A DNA stretch of 64,000 nucleotides from a virus, in IMG/VR virus record IMGVR_UViG_3300025788_000001, positions 3,074 to 67,073 of that record; one strand, written 5' to 3'. The position numbers were made by a program, and so were the translations under genes. Positions 46,728 through 55,950 of the stretch are shown in pieces (position 1 is the first letter of the stretch; each line of letters opens with the position of its first letter). The notes under the pieces were generated by a model. That model was not told the origin of the DNA and made no database searches. It was given only the letters and a program-made list of their open reading frames with translations.

Positions 46728-49592
46728 ATGGCTCTTCAGCTGGCTGACCGCGTACAACAACTTGGCTCTGCGAACACGACTGTTAGTTTTAACCTAACGT
46801 CTACCCCCGCAGGGTTTCAAGCATTTTCTCCAGCTATAACAACGGGGAATACTCTTTATTACACAGCCTATGATGGCACTAACTGGGAAGTTGGTGTTGG
46901 TACACTTACGTCATCTAGCTTATTAACTCGTACTACAATTCTATCTTCTAGTAATGCTGGTGCTGCAGTAAGCACGTTTGGTGGAACTATAACTGTATGG
47001 TTAGACTATCCTTCTGAAAAATCTGTCGTTGTTAATGACCTTGGTGATGTTCTTATAAACCAATCCTACGACCAAGGCACAGGAGTCCTACAAGTAACAG
47101 GAGCGTCTAGCTTTAATGGTGCTGTAGTTGATAAGAGTCTGAACTTACAGGGTGGGAATAATTTAATATTGCAGAGTCAGACTTTTGCTACTGCTAATTG
47201 GTACAAAGGAAACAATACAGTTATTGATAACAACGCTACTGCGCCTGATGGGACTACTACCGCTGCTTTATCTACTGTAGCAGCCGTTACTGGTATAGTT
47301 GAGGTAAGTACACAACTTGCAAGCGCTACAATTCCCAATAGCACAACGACTACTTTTTCTTGCTATTTTAAAGCAGGTACAAAAAGTACAGTTACTCTTT
47401 CATTTGCTTTAAATGCAGCCAATCAATATGTAGTAGCTGTTTATGATTTAACAGCAGTAACAGTATCTCAAACAGCTCAATTAGGGGCATTTACTTTTTT
47501 AAATTCCGCTATCACTTCTGTAGGAAATAATTGGTATCGCTGTTCTATTACGTTTAGCTGCACTACTTTTTCTTCTGCAGTTAATCTTCCGTTTATTGGC
47601 ATAGCACCTGCAGCTAGTGGGAATACATTTAATTCAAGTGGACGAATTAGTGGAACTTACGCTGGCACTGAAACAATCTATGTTTGGGGCGCACAATTAG
47701 AACTAGGCTCTGTAGCCTCTGCCTATACCCCTACCACTACAGTAGCAGTTACTACTACTAATAATATTAATGTGCCTAGTGGTCAGGTGTTGGCTGGTGT
47801 TGGTAGTGCTTCAGCACCTTCATATTCATTTTCAGGAATTTCAAACTCAGGAATAAGAGCGTTTGGAAACAATTTAACTTTTACTGCGCTAGGTACTGAT
47901 GCGGGTACTATTGCTGTCAATGGAGCTTTTAATGTAATAAGCACAGGTTCTTATAATATAGGCTCAGATATATCTTTAACTCGTGATGCCGCCAACACTC
48001 TAGCGCAACGCAACTCTACCAATGCACAAGCCTTTAGACTATATGGAACTTATACTGACGCATCAAATTATGAGAGATTACAGTTTGATTATGGACAAAC
48101 AATAGGTGGATTATATTCAATATCGTCATTAGCGGCTGGAACAGGTACAGTTAGACCAATAAGAATAACAGCAGGTTCTTATTTACAAATTGCTATTAGT
48201 TCAACTGTGTATACTTATGGGACTTCTTCTTTTTCTGCAGGAGACAATGCAATAGATTTGGGCGTAGCTTCTACTGGTCGATTTAAAAACGCCTACTTCT
48301 CTGGAGTAGTAACAACAAACTCTGACGCATCTATTAACACAGTAACAGTAGGACTAGGTGGTGGTGCTGTAAGTACGAATACGGCTGTGGGTAAAAATGC
48401 ACTTTTAATAAACAGTTCTGGAAGTTCTTTAGTTGCTGTCGGTGGAAATGCTTTACAAAACAACAGCAGTGGTTTAGCCAGTACAGCCGTTGGATTAAGT
48501 TCTATGCTTTTTAATTCAACTGGCAATGGTTCAACTGCGGTAGGAGGAGTTTCTTTACAATACAATACTACAGGAAACAACCATGTTGCCATCGGATATG
48601 CTGCTTTACAATACAATACTGCTGCCTCAAATTTAGTTGCTGTTGGTTATGCTTCTCTTTTAAACAACACCACCAATGTAGCCACACTCGGCACAATCAC
48701 AGGCGGTACAGGCTACACCAATGGTACATACGCTGGTGTAGTAATGACACTATCAAGTGGCTCTACTGCAATCACTTACCCTACTGCAACAATCGTAGTC
48801 GCTGGTGGAGTAGTTACCACAGTCACACTAACATCTAATGGTGTAGGCTTTAAAGATACTACGACAGTATTAACTGCACCAGCCGCTTCTATTGGTGGTA
48901 CTGGTAGTGGATTTACTGTGCCAGTAGCTACTCTACAATCAGGTACAGGCAATGTGGCGGTGGGTTATCAGGCTGGGTATACGAACAGTACGGGTATACA
49001 AGGAACTTTTAATGGTTATCAGGCTGGATATTCAAACACAACTGCTATTGGAAGCACATTTTCTGGTTTTCAATGTGGATATTCAAATTTAACAGGAAAC
49101 TACAATAGTGGCTACGGAGTAACAGCTTTATATTCAATAACTTCTGGAGTTGCTTGTTCTGCTTATGGGGTAAATAGCTTAGTAGCAAATTCATCAGGCA
49201 GTAGAAATGTTGCTTATGGAGCTTACTCTGGTTGGGGTGCTGCTGGTGTAAATGGCAACACCACAGGCTCTAACAATACCTACATCGGCTATCAAACAGT
49301 AGGCTCTGCCAACAACAACACCAACGAGATGGTGATTGGCTACCAAGCAGTAGGACTAGGCTCTAACACTACAGTATTAGGAAACACAAGCACTACACTA
49401 ACTCAGACCTATGGCGTTACTAAATCCACTAATTACACAGTAGCTACTCTACCTTCTGCATCAACAAGCGGAGTAGGTGCTAGGTCGTTTGTAACGGATG
49501 CAACTGCTACAACCTTTGCTTCAATCGTTGCTGGTGGTGGCTCAAACCCTGTACCAGTCTACTCGGACGCAACCAACTGGCGAATCGGCTAA
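46728..49592 (+). CDS. Tail fibre protein (carbohydrate-binding-like domain, YadA-like repeats)
   Basis: WEVGVGT N-terminus, WYRCSIT..WGAQLE..Y.PT, repeated (N)xAVGxxAL units. Confidence 0.75.
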   Translation: MALQLADRVQQLGSANTTVSFNLTSTPAGFQAFSPAITTGNTLYYTAYDGTNWEVGVGTLTSSSLLTRTTILSSSNAGAAVSTFGGTITVWLDYPSEKSVVVNDLGDVLINQSYDQGTGVLQVTGASSFNGAVVDKSLNLQGGNNLILQSQTFATANWYKGNNTVIDNNATAPDGTTTAALSTVAAVTGIVEVSTQLASATIPNSTTTTFSCYFKAGTKSTVTLSFALNAANQYVVAVYDLTAVTVSQTAQLGAFTFLNSAITSVGNNWYRCSITFSCTTFSSAVNLPFIGIAPAASGNTFNSSGRISGTYAGTETIYVWGAQLELGSVASAYTPTTTVAVTTTNNINVPSGQVLAGVGSASAPSYSFSGISNSGIRAFGNNLTFTALGTDAGTIAVNGAFNVISTGSYNIGSDISLTRDAANTLAQRNSTNAQAFRLYGTYTDASNYERLQFDYGQTIGGLYSISSLAAGTGTVRPIRITAGSYLQIAISSTVYTYGTSSFSAGDNAIDLGVASTGRFKNAYFSGVVTTNSDASINTVTVGLGGGAVSTNTAVGKNALLINSSGSSLVAVGGNALQNNSSGLASTAVGLSSMLFNSTGNGSTAVGGVSLQYNTTGNNHVAIGYAALQYNTAASNLVAVGYASLLNNTTNVATLGTITGGTGYTNGTYAGVVMTLSSGSTAITYPTATIVVAGGVVTTVTLTSNGVGFKDTTTVLTAPAASIGGTGSGFTVPVATLQSGTGNVAVGYQAGYTNSTGIQGTFNGYQAGYSNTTAIGSTFSGFQCGYSNLTGNYNSGYGVTALYSITSGVACSAYGVNSLVANSSGSRNVAYGAYSGWGAAGVNGNTTGSNNTYIGYQTVGSANNNTNEMVIGYQAVGLGSNTTVLGNTSTTLTQTYGVTKSTNYTVATLPSASTSGVGARSFVTDATATTFASIVAGGGSNPVPVYSDATNWRIG

Positions 49593-49606
49593 TTTAAAGG
49601 ATAATT

Positions 49607-50041
49607 ATGACAATCGAATTCACAACAACAATCACCTCAATGGAGGCTTATCCTCTTTACGAAGCAGTACCCTTGTATGTTTTTAGAGTTTACTGGAATT
49701 ATGAAGGTAAAGACGATACAGGCGTAGGTACTGCTATGCAAGGCTCTACCGACATTCCAGCAAGTGACCCACAATCAGCTATTCCTTACGCTGACTTAAC
49801 GCAAGAACAAGTCATGGGATGGGTTCAGACCTACACACCAGCATGGATGTGGGCAGAATACACAGACAAGATTAGTGCGTGGATTGTGGCTCAGTACACA
49901 CCAGCAGTTGTTAATCCTCCATTGCCTTGGGCTGCTCCTCCAGTAGTTGAGCCTATTATTGAGTCTGTAGTTGAGCCTATTATTGAGCCTGTAGTTAAGC
50001 CTATTATTGAGCCTGTAGTTGATACTATTGCACCTGCATAA
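49607..50041 (+). CDS. Tail fibre-associated protein
   Basis: IPYADLTQEQVMGWVQ..PPLPW, then VEPII repeats. Confidence 0.6.
   Translation: MTIEFTTTITSMEAYPLYEAVPLYVFRVYWNYEGKDDTGVGTAMQGSTDIPASDPQSAIPYADLTQEQVMGWVQTYTPAWMWAEYTDKISAWIVAQYTPAVVNPPLPWAAPPVVEPIIESVVEPIIEPVVKPIIEPVVDTIAPA
49943..50022 (+). repeat. 24-bp tandem repeat, about 3.3 copies (VVEPIIEP)
   Basis: GTAGTTGAGCCTATTATTGAGYCT units. Confidence 0.85.
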
Positions 50042-50766
50042 TGTTTGGGTTTAATGCTTTTGCACGAGCGCCTTTTAATACACTAGGCAATAGCCTATAC
50101 CCGCTTACGCTCGCAGAAAACCTAAACTCGGATGATTCAAGTACCCAAGTATCTACTTTTCTAAGCGTAATTACTGAGGCTATATCACAAGTCCTAGATA
50201 TTCAAAGCGAACAAGATAACTTCTTTGAGGGCATAGTAGAAGGGTTTAACCAAGCGGACTCGAGCTCTCAGCTTTTTGCATTCCTACAATCTTTAACTGA
50301 GAATTTGAACCCAGCTAATACGCAAATTATTACTGCACAGTTCTCCACAGCCCTAACCGAAGCCTTAAACTCCGCTGACGTAGTAACTATTTTTGCCCAA
50401 TTCTTAACGGCGATTACAGAAAATCTAGCTCCTACTGACTTAATAAGCATCGCTGCTCAGTTTCCTCTGGCTCTTTCCGAGAATTTAAACCCCGCCGACG
50501 TGGTTGCTATAACCGCTCAGTTCGCTGCCACAGTAGCAGAAAACCTTAGTCCAGCTGATTCCAGCACCCAGATATCAAGGTTCCTAGAGTCTATTGCTGA
50601 GAACGTAGGGGTTCTAGATTTGTTAATTGCCCGTGGATGGGTTAAAATCAATGATAATCAGACCATAACATGGAATGCGGCGAACAATGCAAATTCAGCA
50701 ACTTGGGTTAATATTGGTGATGACCAGAATCCAAATTGGGTAGTAATAAATAATACGCAGTTATAA
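50041..50766 (+). CDS. Structural protein with ~22-aa repeats
   Basis: Repeated ENL.PAD....AQF units; Trp-repeat C-terminus. Confidence 0.6.
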   Translation: MFGFNAFARAPFNTLGNSLYPLTLAENLNSDDSSTQVSTFLSVITEAISQVLDIQSEQDNFFEGIVEGFNQADSSSQLFAFLQSLTENLNPANTQIITAQFSTALTEALNSADVVTIFAQFLTAITENLAPTDLISIAAQFPLALSENLNPADVVAITAQFAATVAENLSPADSSTQISRFLESIAENVGVLDLLIARGWVKINDNQTITWNAANNANSATWVNIGDDQNPNWVVINNTQL

Positions 50767-50776
50767 AGGATAATTA

Positions 50777-52384
50777 ATGTCAAGTACATACTCAACTTCA
50801 CTGCTCTTAGAGCTTATCGGTAACGGAGATCAATCCGGTACTTGGGGGTCTACAACCAACAATAACCTAGGCAACTTGATTGAACAGGCTATTACTGGGG
50901 TACAAACCGTTAACTTTGCAACTGACGCAAACCGCACCCTAACTAACTTTAACGGAGCGCTGGATGAGGCACGTAATGCTGTTCTTGTAATCACTACATC
51001 CGTTTCATTAACTGGCACCCGCCAAGTTGTAGCCCCGCTGGTAAATAAACAATATGTGGTCTATAACAATACAGGATACACAATTACCTTTGGGGGTACT
51101 TCTGGTGGTGTAGTTACTATTCCAAACGGCATGGTTACTGCGGTTTATTGCGATAGCACAAACTTTGTTGCCGGTATTAACGGTGTTCCAGGAAACTGGA
51201 CGGTAAACGGTAACTCTACAATTAACGGCAACGAAACAGTAAAAGGCAATATTGCAGCTAGCTCTGCTGTTTTTGTGGGTTCTATTTCAGGCACAACCCT
51301 TACTGTTACTTCTGTTACCTCGGGAACTATCGCTACTGGCCAGTATCTTAATGGTTTGGGTGTAACTCCTGGAACAACAATTTCTAGTGGTAGCGGAAGC
51401 AGCTGGGTTATAACCCCATCCCAAACTGTATCTAGTACAACAATTACTGCAAATGGTATTGTTAATGCTGGCGCTTTTGTTGGTGACGGTACATACTTAA
51501 CTGGTACAGCTCCTAACTTAAACATTGGCGGAAACGCAGCAACTGCAACTTTTGCCACTTCTGCCGGAACTACTTCTAACTTTACTGGTGTTGCTAACCC
51601 ACCAAGCGGCGGTACTGGTTTAACCAGCGTGCCTTTAAACTACTTGGTTTCTGGTAATACTACTTACCCATTTAATACTGTTGCTCCTGGTACAGCCGGT
51701 AACGTTCCACTTTCTACAACGTATGGCGCGGCTACTTTTGTGGCTGGTATTGCTGCAGGTACGATGACCGTAGCTTCTATTTCTTCTGGCACATTAACTG
51801 AAGGCGCTACTATTGCCGGTACTGGAGTTACAGGCGGCACAACAATTAACCAGCTAACTTCTGCTGGCTCAGCAGCTGCAACAAAAACATACGTAAGCGG
51901 CGGTGCAGTTGGAGCAAATACAATTACGCTAAACTCAGTTACATCAGTAGTAGTTGGCCAATTAGTTATTGGTACAGGCGTTCCTAACAGTACGTTTGTT
52001 CAGTCTATTTTTGGTTCACAAATTACTTTATCTAAAAACCTAACTGTCCAAGCTGCTGGTACATATAACTTCTACACACCGGGCGGTGTAGGTACTTACC
52101 AAACAACCCCAACCCAAACTGTATCATCTGGAACAACTATTACTGCTACAAATGGCACATACTTTACTAGCCAGCCATTAAACTGGGATAACGTAGCAGG
52201 TAAACCAACTAACATAAGTTACTGGACAAATGATTCGCATTATATGAATGAAGCTACTGGAGGTGGTAGTGCGTATGGAAACGCAAACCCAGCCGTTACA
52301 AGTGTATACTTGTCCAGGTCCGGTATTACAGCTGTTTTATCTGTTGGCACACAATGCAACTGTAACTGCGCCTGCGACTGCTAA
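50777..52384 (+). CDS. Tail fibre/spike protein with C-terminal CNCNCACDC
   Basis: LELI..G.QSGTWG.TTN.NL N-terminus, T/G-rich domains, Cys-rich terminus at 52355-52381. Confidence 0.75.
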   Translation: MSSTYSTSLLLELIGNGDQSGTWGSTTNNNLGNLIEQAITGVQTVNFATDANRTLTNFNGALDEARNAVLVITTSVSLTGTRQVVAPLVNKQYVVYNNTGYTITFGGTSGGVVTIPNGMVTAVYCDSTNFVAGINGVPGNWTVNGNSTINGNETVKGNIAASSAVFVGSISGTTLTVTSVTSGTIATGQYLNGLGVTPGTTISSGSGSSWVITPSQTVSSTTITANGIVNAGAFVGDGTYLTGTAPNLNIGGNAATATFATSAGTTSNFTGVANPPSGGTGLTSVPLNYLVSGNTTYPFNTVAPGTAGNVPLSTTYGAATFVAGIAAGTMTVASISSGTLTEGATIAGTGVTGGTTINQLTSAGSAAATKTYVSGGAVGANTITLNSVTSVVVGQLVIGTGVPNSTFVQSIFGSQITLSKNLTVQAAGTYNFYTPGGVGTYQTTPTQTVSSGTTITATNGTYFTSQPLNWDNVAGKPTNISYWTNDSHYMNEATGGGSAYGNANPAVTSVYLSRSGITAVLSVGTQCNCNCACDC

Positions 52385-52393
52385 GGAAAAATT

Positions 52394-53149
52394 ATGAACT
52401 TATATACGCTACAAAATACTAATCCTATATCAGTTTCCGCTGTTGATGTAACTCGTGCTGATAATACTATTACGTTTGCGGTTACAACAACAAACACTGC
52501 TGATAAAAACCCAAGAGTAGATACTTTTACGTTAGACTATAATTTGTTATCAGCCCGTTCAGATTTTGACGATAGCACACAATGGATTATCGGGTATAAC
52601 CCAGAATATGCACCCCAAGGTGGCGGCCCTCTATTTATTATCTACAACACCTTTAAAGAAACATTCCCAACTAAAGGAAAAAGTGGTACTTTTACAGCAA
52701 GACGTGACGGCGTAAATATTATTTTTTCTTTGTATGTGCCGTTTAAAAATTCGTCATTAGATGAATGTTCTTTACTAGTAGTTAGTGAAGACATCACAAA
52801 GATAACAGCGGATTCATCTTTCTCCGCCCCAATCGTGGTAACTGATAGACTTAGCATTCGCCCTTTAGTAATGCCTTCTGTTCGCGCTGTATCTGTTACA
52901 CCTATTGGCCAAGATTTAGATGTCGTGCTCCAATTGTGTAAAAATGGGCAAGATATAAGTAATATTGCAACCCTTTACATTTCATGTGATACTGGCTCTT
53001 TGTCTTCTTCAGTTATTAAAACAAATGGTAATGGGCAGGCAACCCTGCGTATCTATGGTGACCCACACCGTGCCGGAGAAGCTGGTGTATTAAACGTTGG
53101 CTTCAAGTATTGGAGCGGCGAGCTTTACGTAAATTACATAGCCCCTTAA
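52394..53149 (+). CDS. Hypothetical protein, possible Ig-like C-terminus; candidate rSAM partner
   Basis: Lies between the Cys-tailed fibre and the rSAM gene; KTNGNGQATL resembles Big-type Ig domains. Confidence 0.55.
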   Translation: MNLYTLQNTNPISVSAVDVTRADNTITFAVTTTNTADKNPRVDTFTLDYNLLSARSDFDDSTQWIIGYNPEYAPQGGGPLFIIYNTFKETFPTKGKSGTFTARRDGVNIIFSLYVPFKNSSLDECSLLVVSEDITKITADSSFSAPIVVTDRLSIRPLVMPSVRAVSVTPIGQDLDVVLQLCKNGQDISNIATLYISCDTGSLSSSVIKTNGNGQATLRIYGDPHRAGEAGVLNVGFKYWSGELYVNYIAP

Positions 53150-53172
53150 AAGAAATTACAAAAAACCACATC

Positions 53173-54561
53173 ATGGCTAAATTTAAATTAGATTGTCTTG
53201 ACGCCCTTAAACCAGAAAAAAGAAAAACATTTTTGTATGACAATGCAACTTCGGAACTTCTAAATGAAGACGGCACTCCTTTTGACTTTGGTTTTATTGT
53301 TGTTGACCCAAAAAAATATAAAGATATAGCAACACCGAATAAAGATAATCCTATTGGAAAAAGCCGTAGACTAAAGCGACTTAAGATTCAGCTTGGTCTT
53401 TCTTGTAATTACGAGTGCTCATATTGTAGCCAGCGGTTTGTACCTAGGGCTGATGAAACTAACCCAGATGATATTGAACCATTTTTAACCCAGCTTCCTA
53501 CATGGTTTGATGGTGGAGAAGATGGCGATGGTAGCGGTGTACGTATAGAGTTTTGGGGCGGTGAACCTTTTGTATACTGGAAAACTTTTAAGCCTTTAGC
53601 TGAGCGCATTCGTCAGATGTACCCTAAAGCAGAATTTTTGGTTATAACTAATGGCTCTTTACTTGATCTAGAAAAAAATCAATGGGTAGATGACTTAGGT
53701 TTTATGGTAGGTATATCCCATGATGGTCCGGGATACCATGTTCGTGGTGAAGACCCGTTTGATAATCCCAAACAGTTTGCTGCTATTAAAGATTTATTTG
53801 ACCGTTTATACCCTAAAAACCGTATAAGTTTTAATGCCACATTAAATAAAGATAACCAAAGCCGTACCGCTATTGGCGAGTTTTTTGAACAACGTTTAGG
53901 GATTATGCCTGTTATTGGGGAAGGTAGCTTTGTTGACCCATATGATGAAGGGGGCGCAGCTTCTTGTTTTGATGACCCTGCTGATTTTTTATCCTATAGA
54001 AACAAGTACTTAGCTGAATTGCGAGACGGTGGGGTCCATAACTTTACTACAATTGCTAGTAAAATTACAGATTTTAAAGACTCTATTATTAATAACCGTC
54101 CAGCTTCTGCATTAGGGCAAAAGTGCTCTATGGATAAACGAGACCAACTAGCCGTAGATTTACATGGAAATGTGCTTACTTGTCAAAATGTATCGTCTGT
54201 AGCCATAAGTTCAAACGGTGAAAGCCATAAAATTGGGCACGTATCTGATTATGCTAATATCAAGCTTAATACAGTTACCCATTGGTCACATCGTAAAGAA
54301 TGCCCTAATTGCCCTGTGTTACAAATGTGCCAAGGTAGCTGTATGTTTTTACACGATAAGTTATGGGAATTAGGTTGTGATACGGCTTTTTCTGACAACG
54401 TTCCTTTATTTGCCGCGGCTATTGAAGCTATGACTGGGTATATTCCGTATTACATTGATGGTCCACAAAGAGATGACCGTAAAGATATATTTGGACTGGT
54501 GCACGGCATTCCAGAGCGTAAAGCTAAAAAGCCTTTTCCTATCCCTGTAGTATCAGCTTAA
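53173..54561 (+). CDS. Radical SAM enzyme with SPASM domain
   Basis: CNYECSYC, FWGGEP, ITNG, ISHDG; SPASM C..DLHGNVLTC..CPNCPVLQMCQGSC..C. Likely start MAKF at 53173. Confidence 0.9.
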   Translation: MAKFKLDCLDALKPEKRKTFLYDNATSELLNEDGTPFDFGFIVVDPKKYKDIATPNKDNPIGKSRRLKRLKIQLGLSCNYECSYCSQRFVPRADETNPDDIEPFLTQLPTWFDGGEDGDGSGVRIEFWGGEPFVYWKTFKPLAERIRQMYPKAEFLVITNGSLLDLEKNQWVDDLGFMVGISHDGPGYHVRGEDPFDNPKQFAAIKDLFDRLYPKNRISFNATLNKDNQSRTAIGEFFEQRLGIMPVIGEGSFVDPYDEGGAASCFDDPADFLSYRNKYLAELRDGGVHNFTTIASKITDFKDSIINNRPASALGQKCSMDKRDQLAVDLHGNVLTCQNVSSVAISSNGESHKIGHVSDYANIKLNTVTHWSHRKECPNCPVLQMCQGSCMFLHDKLWELGCDTAFSDNVPLFAAAIEAMTGYIPYYIDGPQRDDRKDIFGLVHGIPERKAKKPFPIPVVSA

Positions 54562-54570
54562 GGAGCTACG

Positions 54571-54783
54571 ATGTTTATTTTTAATTGGGTGTTTGACAAG
54601 TTAGGCTACATGCCTAAGATTGATATGGAAGTTGGCAAAGTGGATTTAAAACTGCAAGATATTTGGCCTTTCCCAGTTACTGAAGAAAAGAAAAAACCAC
54701 AGGTAAAAAAAGCCACTACTCGCACTGCTAAAAAGAAACCCGCTGTTGTAGCTAAAACTGTACGTAAGCTAAAAACAAAATGA
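54571..54783 (+). CDS. Small basic protein
   Basis: AGGAG RBS; WPFP then a K-rich tail. Confidence 0.6.
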   Translation: MFIFNWVFDKLGYMPKIDMEVGKVDLKLQDIWPFPVTEEKKKPQVKKATTRTAKKKPAVVAKTVRKLKTK

Positions 54784-55001
54784 AAGACTTTCTTAACCAG
54801 CTTCTTACTGGTAGGGATAACCATACGCAAGATATTGCACGGTGGAGTTGGTTAATTTGTTTACTTGCAGTGATTGCCTTAGCTAGTTATGAAGCAATGC
54901 ATGGTGCTGTTAGTCTACGAGAGTTAGCAGAAGCGTTTGGTATTGTTGCTGGTGCGCACGGGGCTGCGGTTATGATGAAAAAAGATGCGGAGCCTCAGTA
55001 A
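54780..55001 (+). CDS. Putative holin
   Basis: Two TM segments, upstream of spanin and endolysin. Confidence 0.6.
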   Translation: MKDFLNQLLTGRDNHTQDIARWSWLICLLAVIALASYEAMHGAVSLRELAEAFGIVAGAHGAAVMMKKDAEPQ

Positions 55002-55426
55002 TGTGGGGTTTTTTAGGTAACTATGCAAATATCGTCAAAGCTGGACTTATTGTTTCTGCTCTATGCTTGGTGTTTTTTGCTGGCTGGCATATGCGGGATA
55101 GGGATTTTACTATATACAAAACAGCAATCCAAGTCGCAGCAGAGAAACAGCAAGCGCAAACGGAGTCAATCCAAAAGCAACACGAACTTGTAACTAAAGG
55201 AATTTCTGATGAATACGAAGCTAAGTATGCTGCTCTTCGCAACTACTATAAGTCTACTAGCGTGTGGAACAACCCCAATAGCAGTACCATGTCCGGTATT
55301 TCCACAGCCCCCAAGTCAGCTGATGTTATCACCGCCTACAATGAGCTTGCTGGAAATTGCGCCCAAACCACGCTAATGCTAGTTGAATTACAAAAATGGC
55401 TTAACGAACAGATTGGTATTAAATGA
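55001..55426 (+). CDS. Rz-like spanin
   Basis: N-terminal TM, coiled coil, C-terminal C..LQKW. Confidence 0.6.
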   Translation: MWGFLGNYANIVKAGLIVSALCLVFFAGWHMRDRDFTIYKTAIQVAAEKQQAQTESIQKQHELVTKGISDEYEAKYAALRNYYKSTSVWNNPNSSTMSGISTAPKSADVITAYNELAGNCAQTTLMLVELQKWLNEQIGIK

Positions 55427-55944
55427 AAGACAATTTTGCAGATGCCCTAACAGCACTTTTAGTCCACGAAGGCGGTTACGCAAATAACCCCGCAGACCCG
55501 GGGGGTATGACAAACCTTGGAGTTACTGCCTCAACATGGGCTATGTGGGTAGGGCATGATGTAAACGAAAAGCAGATGCGCGCTCTAACGCCATCTATTG
55601 TTGCTCCTTTATATAGAAGGAAATTTTGGGATGCTTGCAGAGCTGATGAGCTTATATCTGGTCTTGACTACGCTGTTTTTGACTACGCTGTTAATTCCGG
55701 GGTCGGGCGTGCTATTAAGGCTTTGCAGAACTGCGTTGGGGTTGCTCCTGATGGTGGTTTTGGTACAACTACTATGGCTGCCGTGAGCCAGTTTAAGGGC
55801 GATGCGGCCAAGACTCTAATTGAAGAATACTGTGATAATCGGTTACAATTCCTAAAGTCCCTGAAGACTTTCCCTGTATTTGGTAAAGGTTGGGAAAAGC
55901 GGGTGAACGAAGTCAAAGCCATGTCACTTAAGATGCTAGGGTAA
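55423..55944 (+). CDS. Endolysin, glycoside hydrolase family 108 with PG-binding domain
   Basis: HEGGY.N.P.DPGG.TNLGVT; FDYAVNSG; FGKGW..RV. Confidence 0.9.
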   Translation: MKDNFADALTALLVHEGGYANNPADPGGMTNLGVTASTWAMWVGHDVNEKQMRALTPSIVAPLYRRKFWDACRADELISGLDYAVFDYAVNSGVGRAIKALQNCVGVAPDGGFGTTTMAAVSQFKGDAAKTLIEEYCDNRLQFLKSLKTFPVFGKGWEKRVNEVKAMSLKMLG

Positions 55945-55950
55945 ACCCGT

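Larger units (their letters stand above)
6297..54482 (+). repeat. Strand-polarised 11-mer GATGACCGTAG
   Basis: Exact copies at 6297, 16147, 20773, 22265, 27017, 41509 and 51763; one-mismatch copies at 24308, 25724 and 54472. Confidence 0.8.

Noticed and set aside
53110-53172. ORF-track TTG start of the radical SAM gene
   Set aside because: It overlaps the upstream gene; the ATG at 53173 is more plausible.
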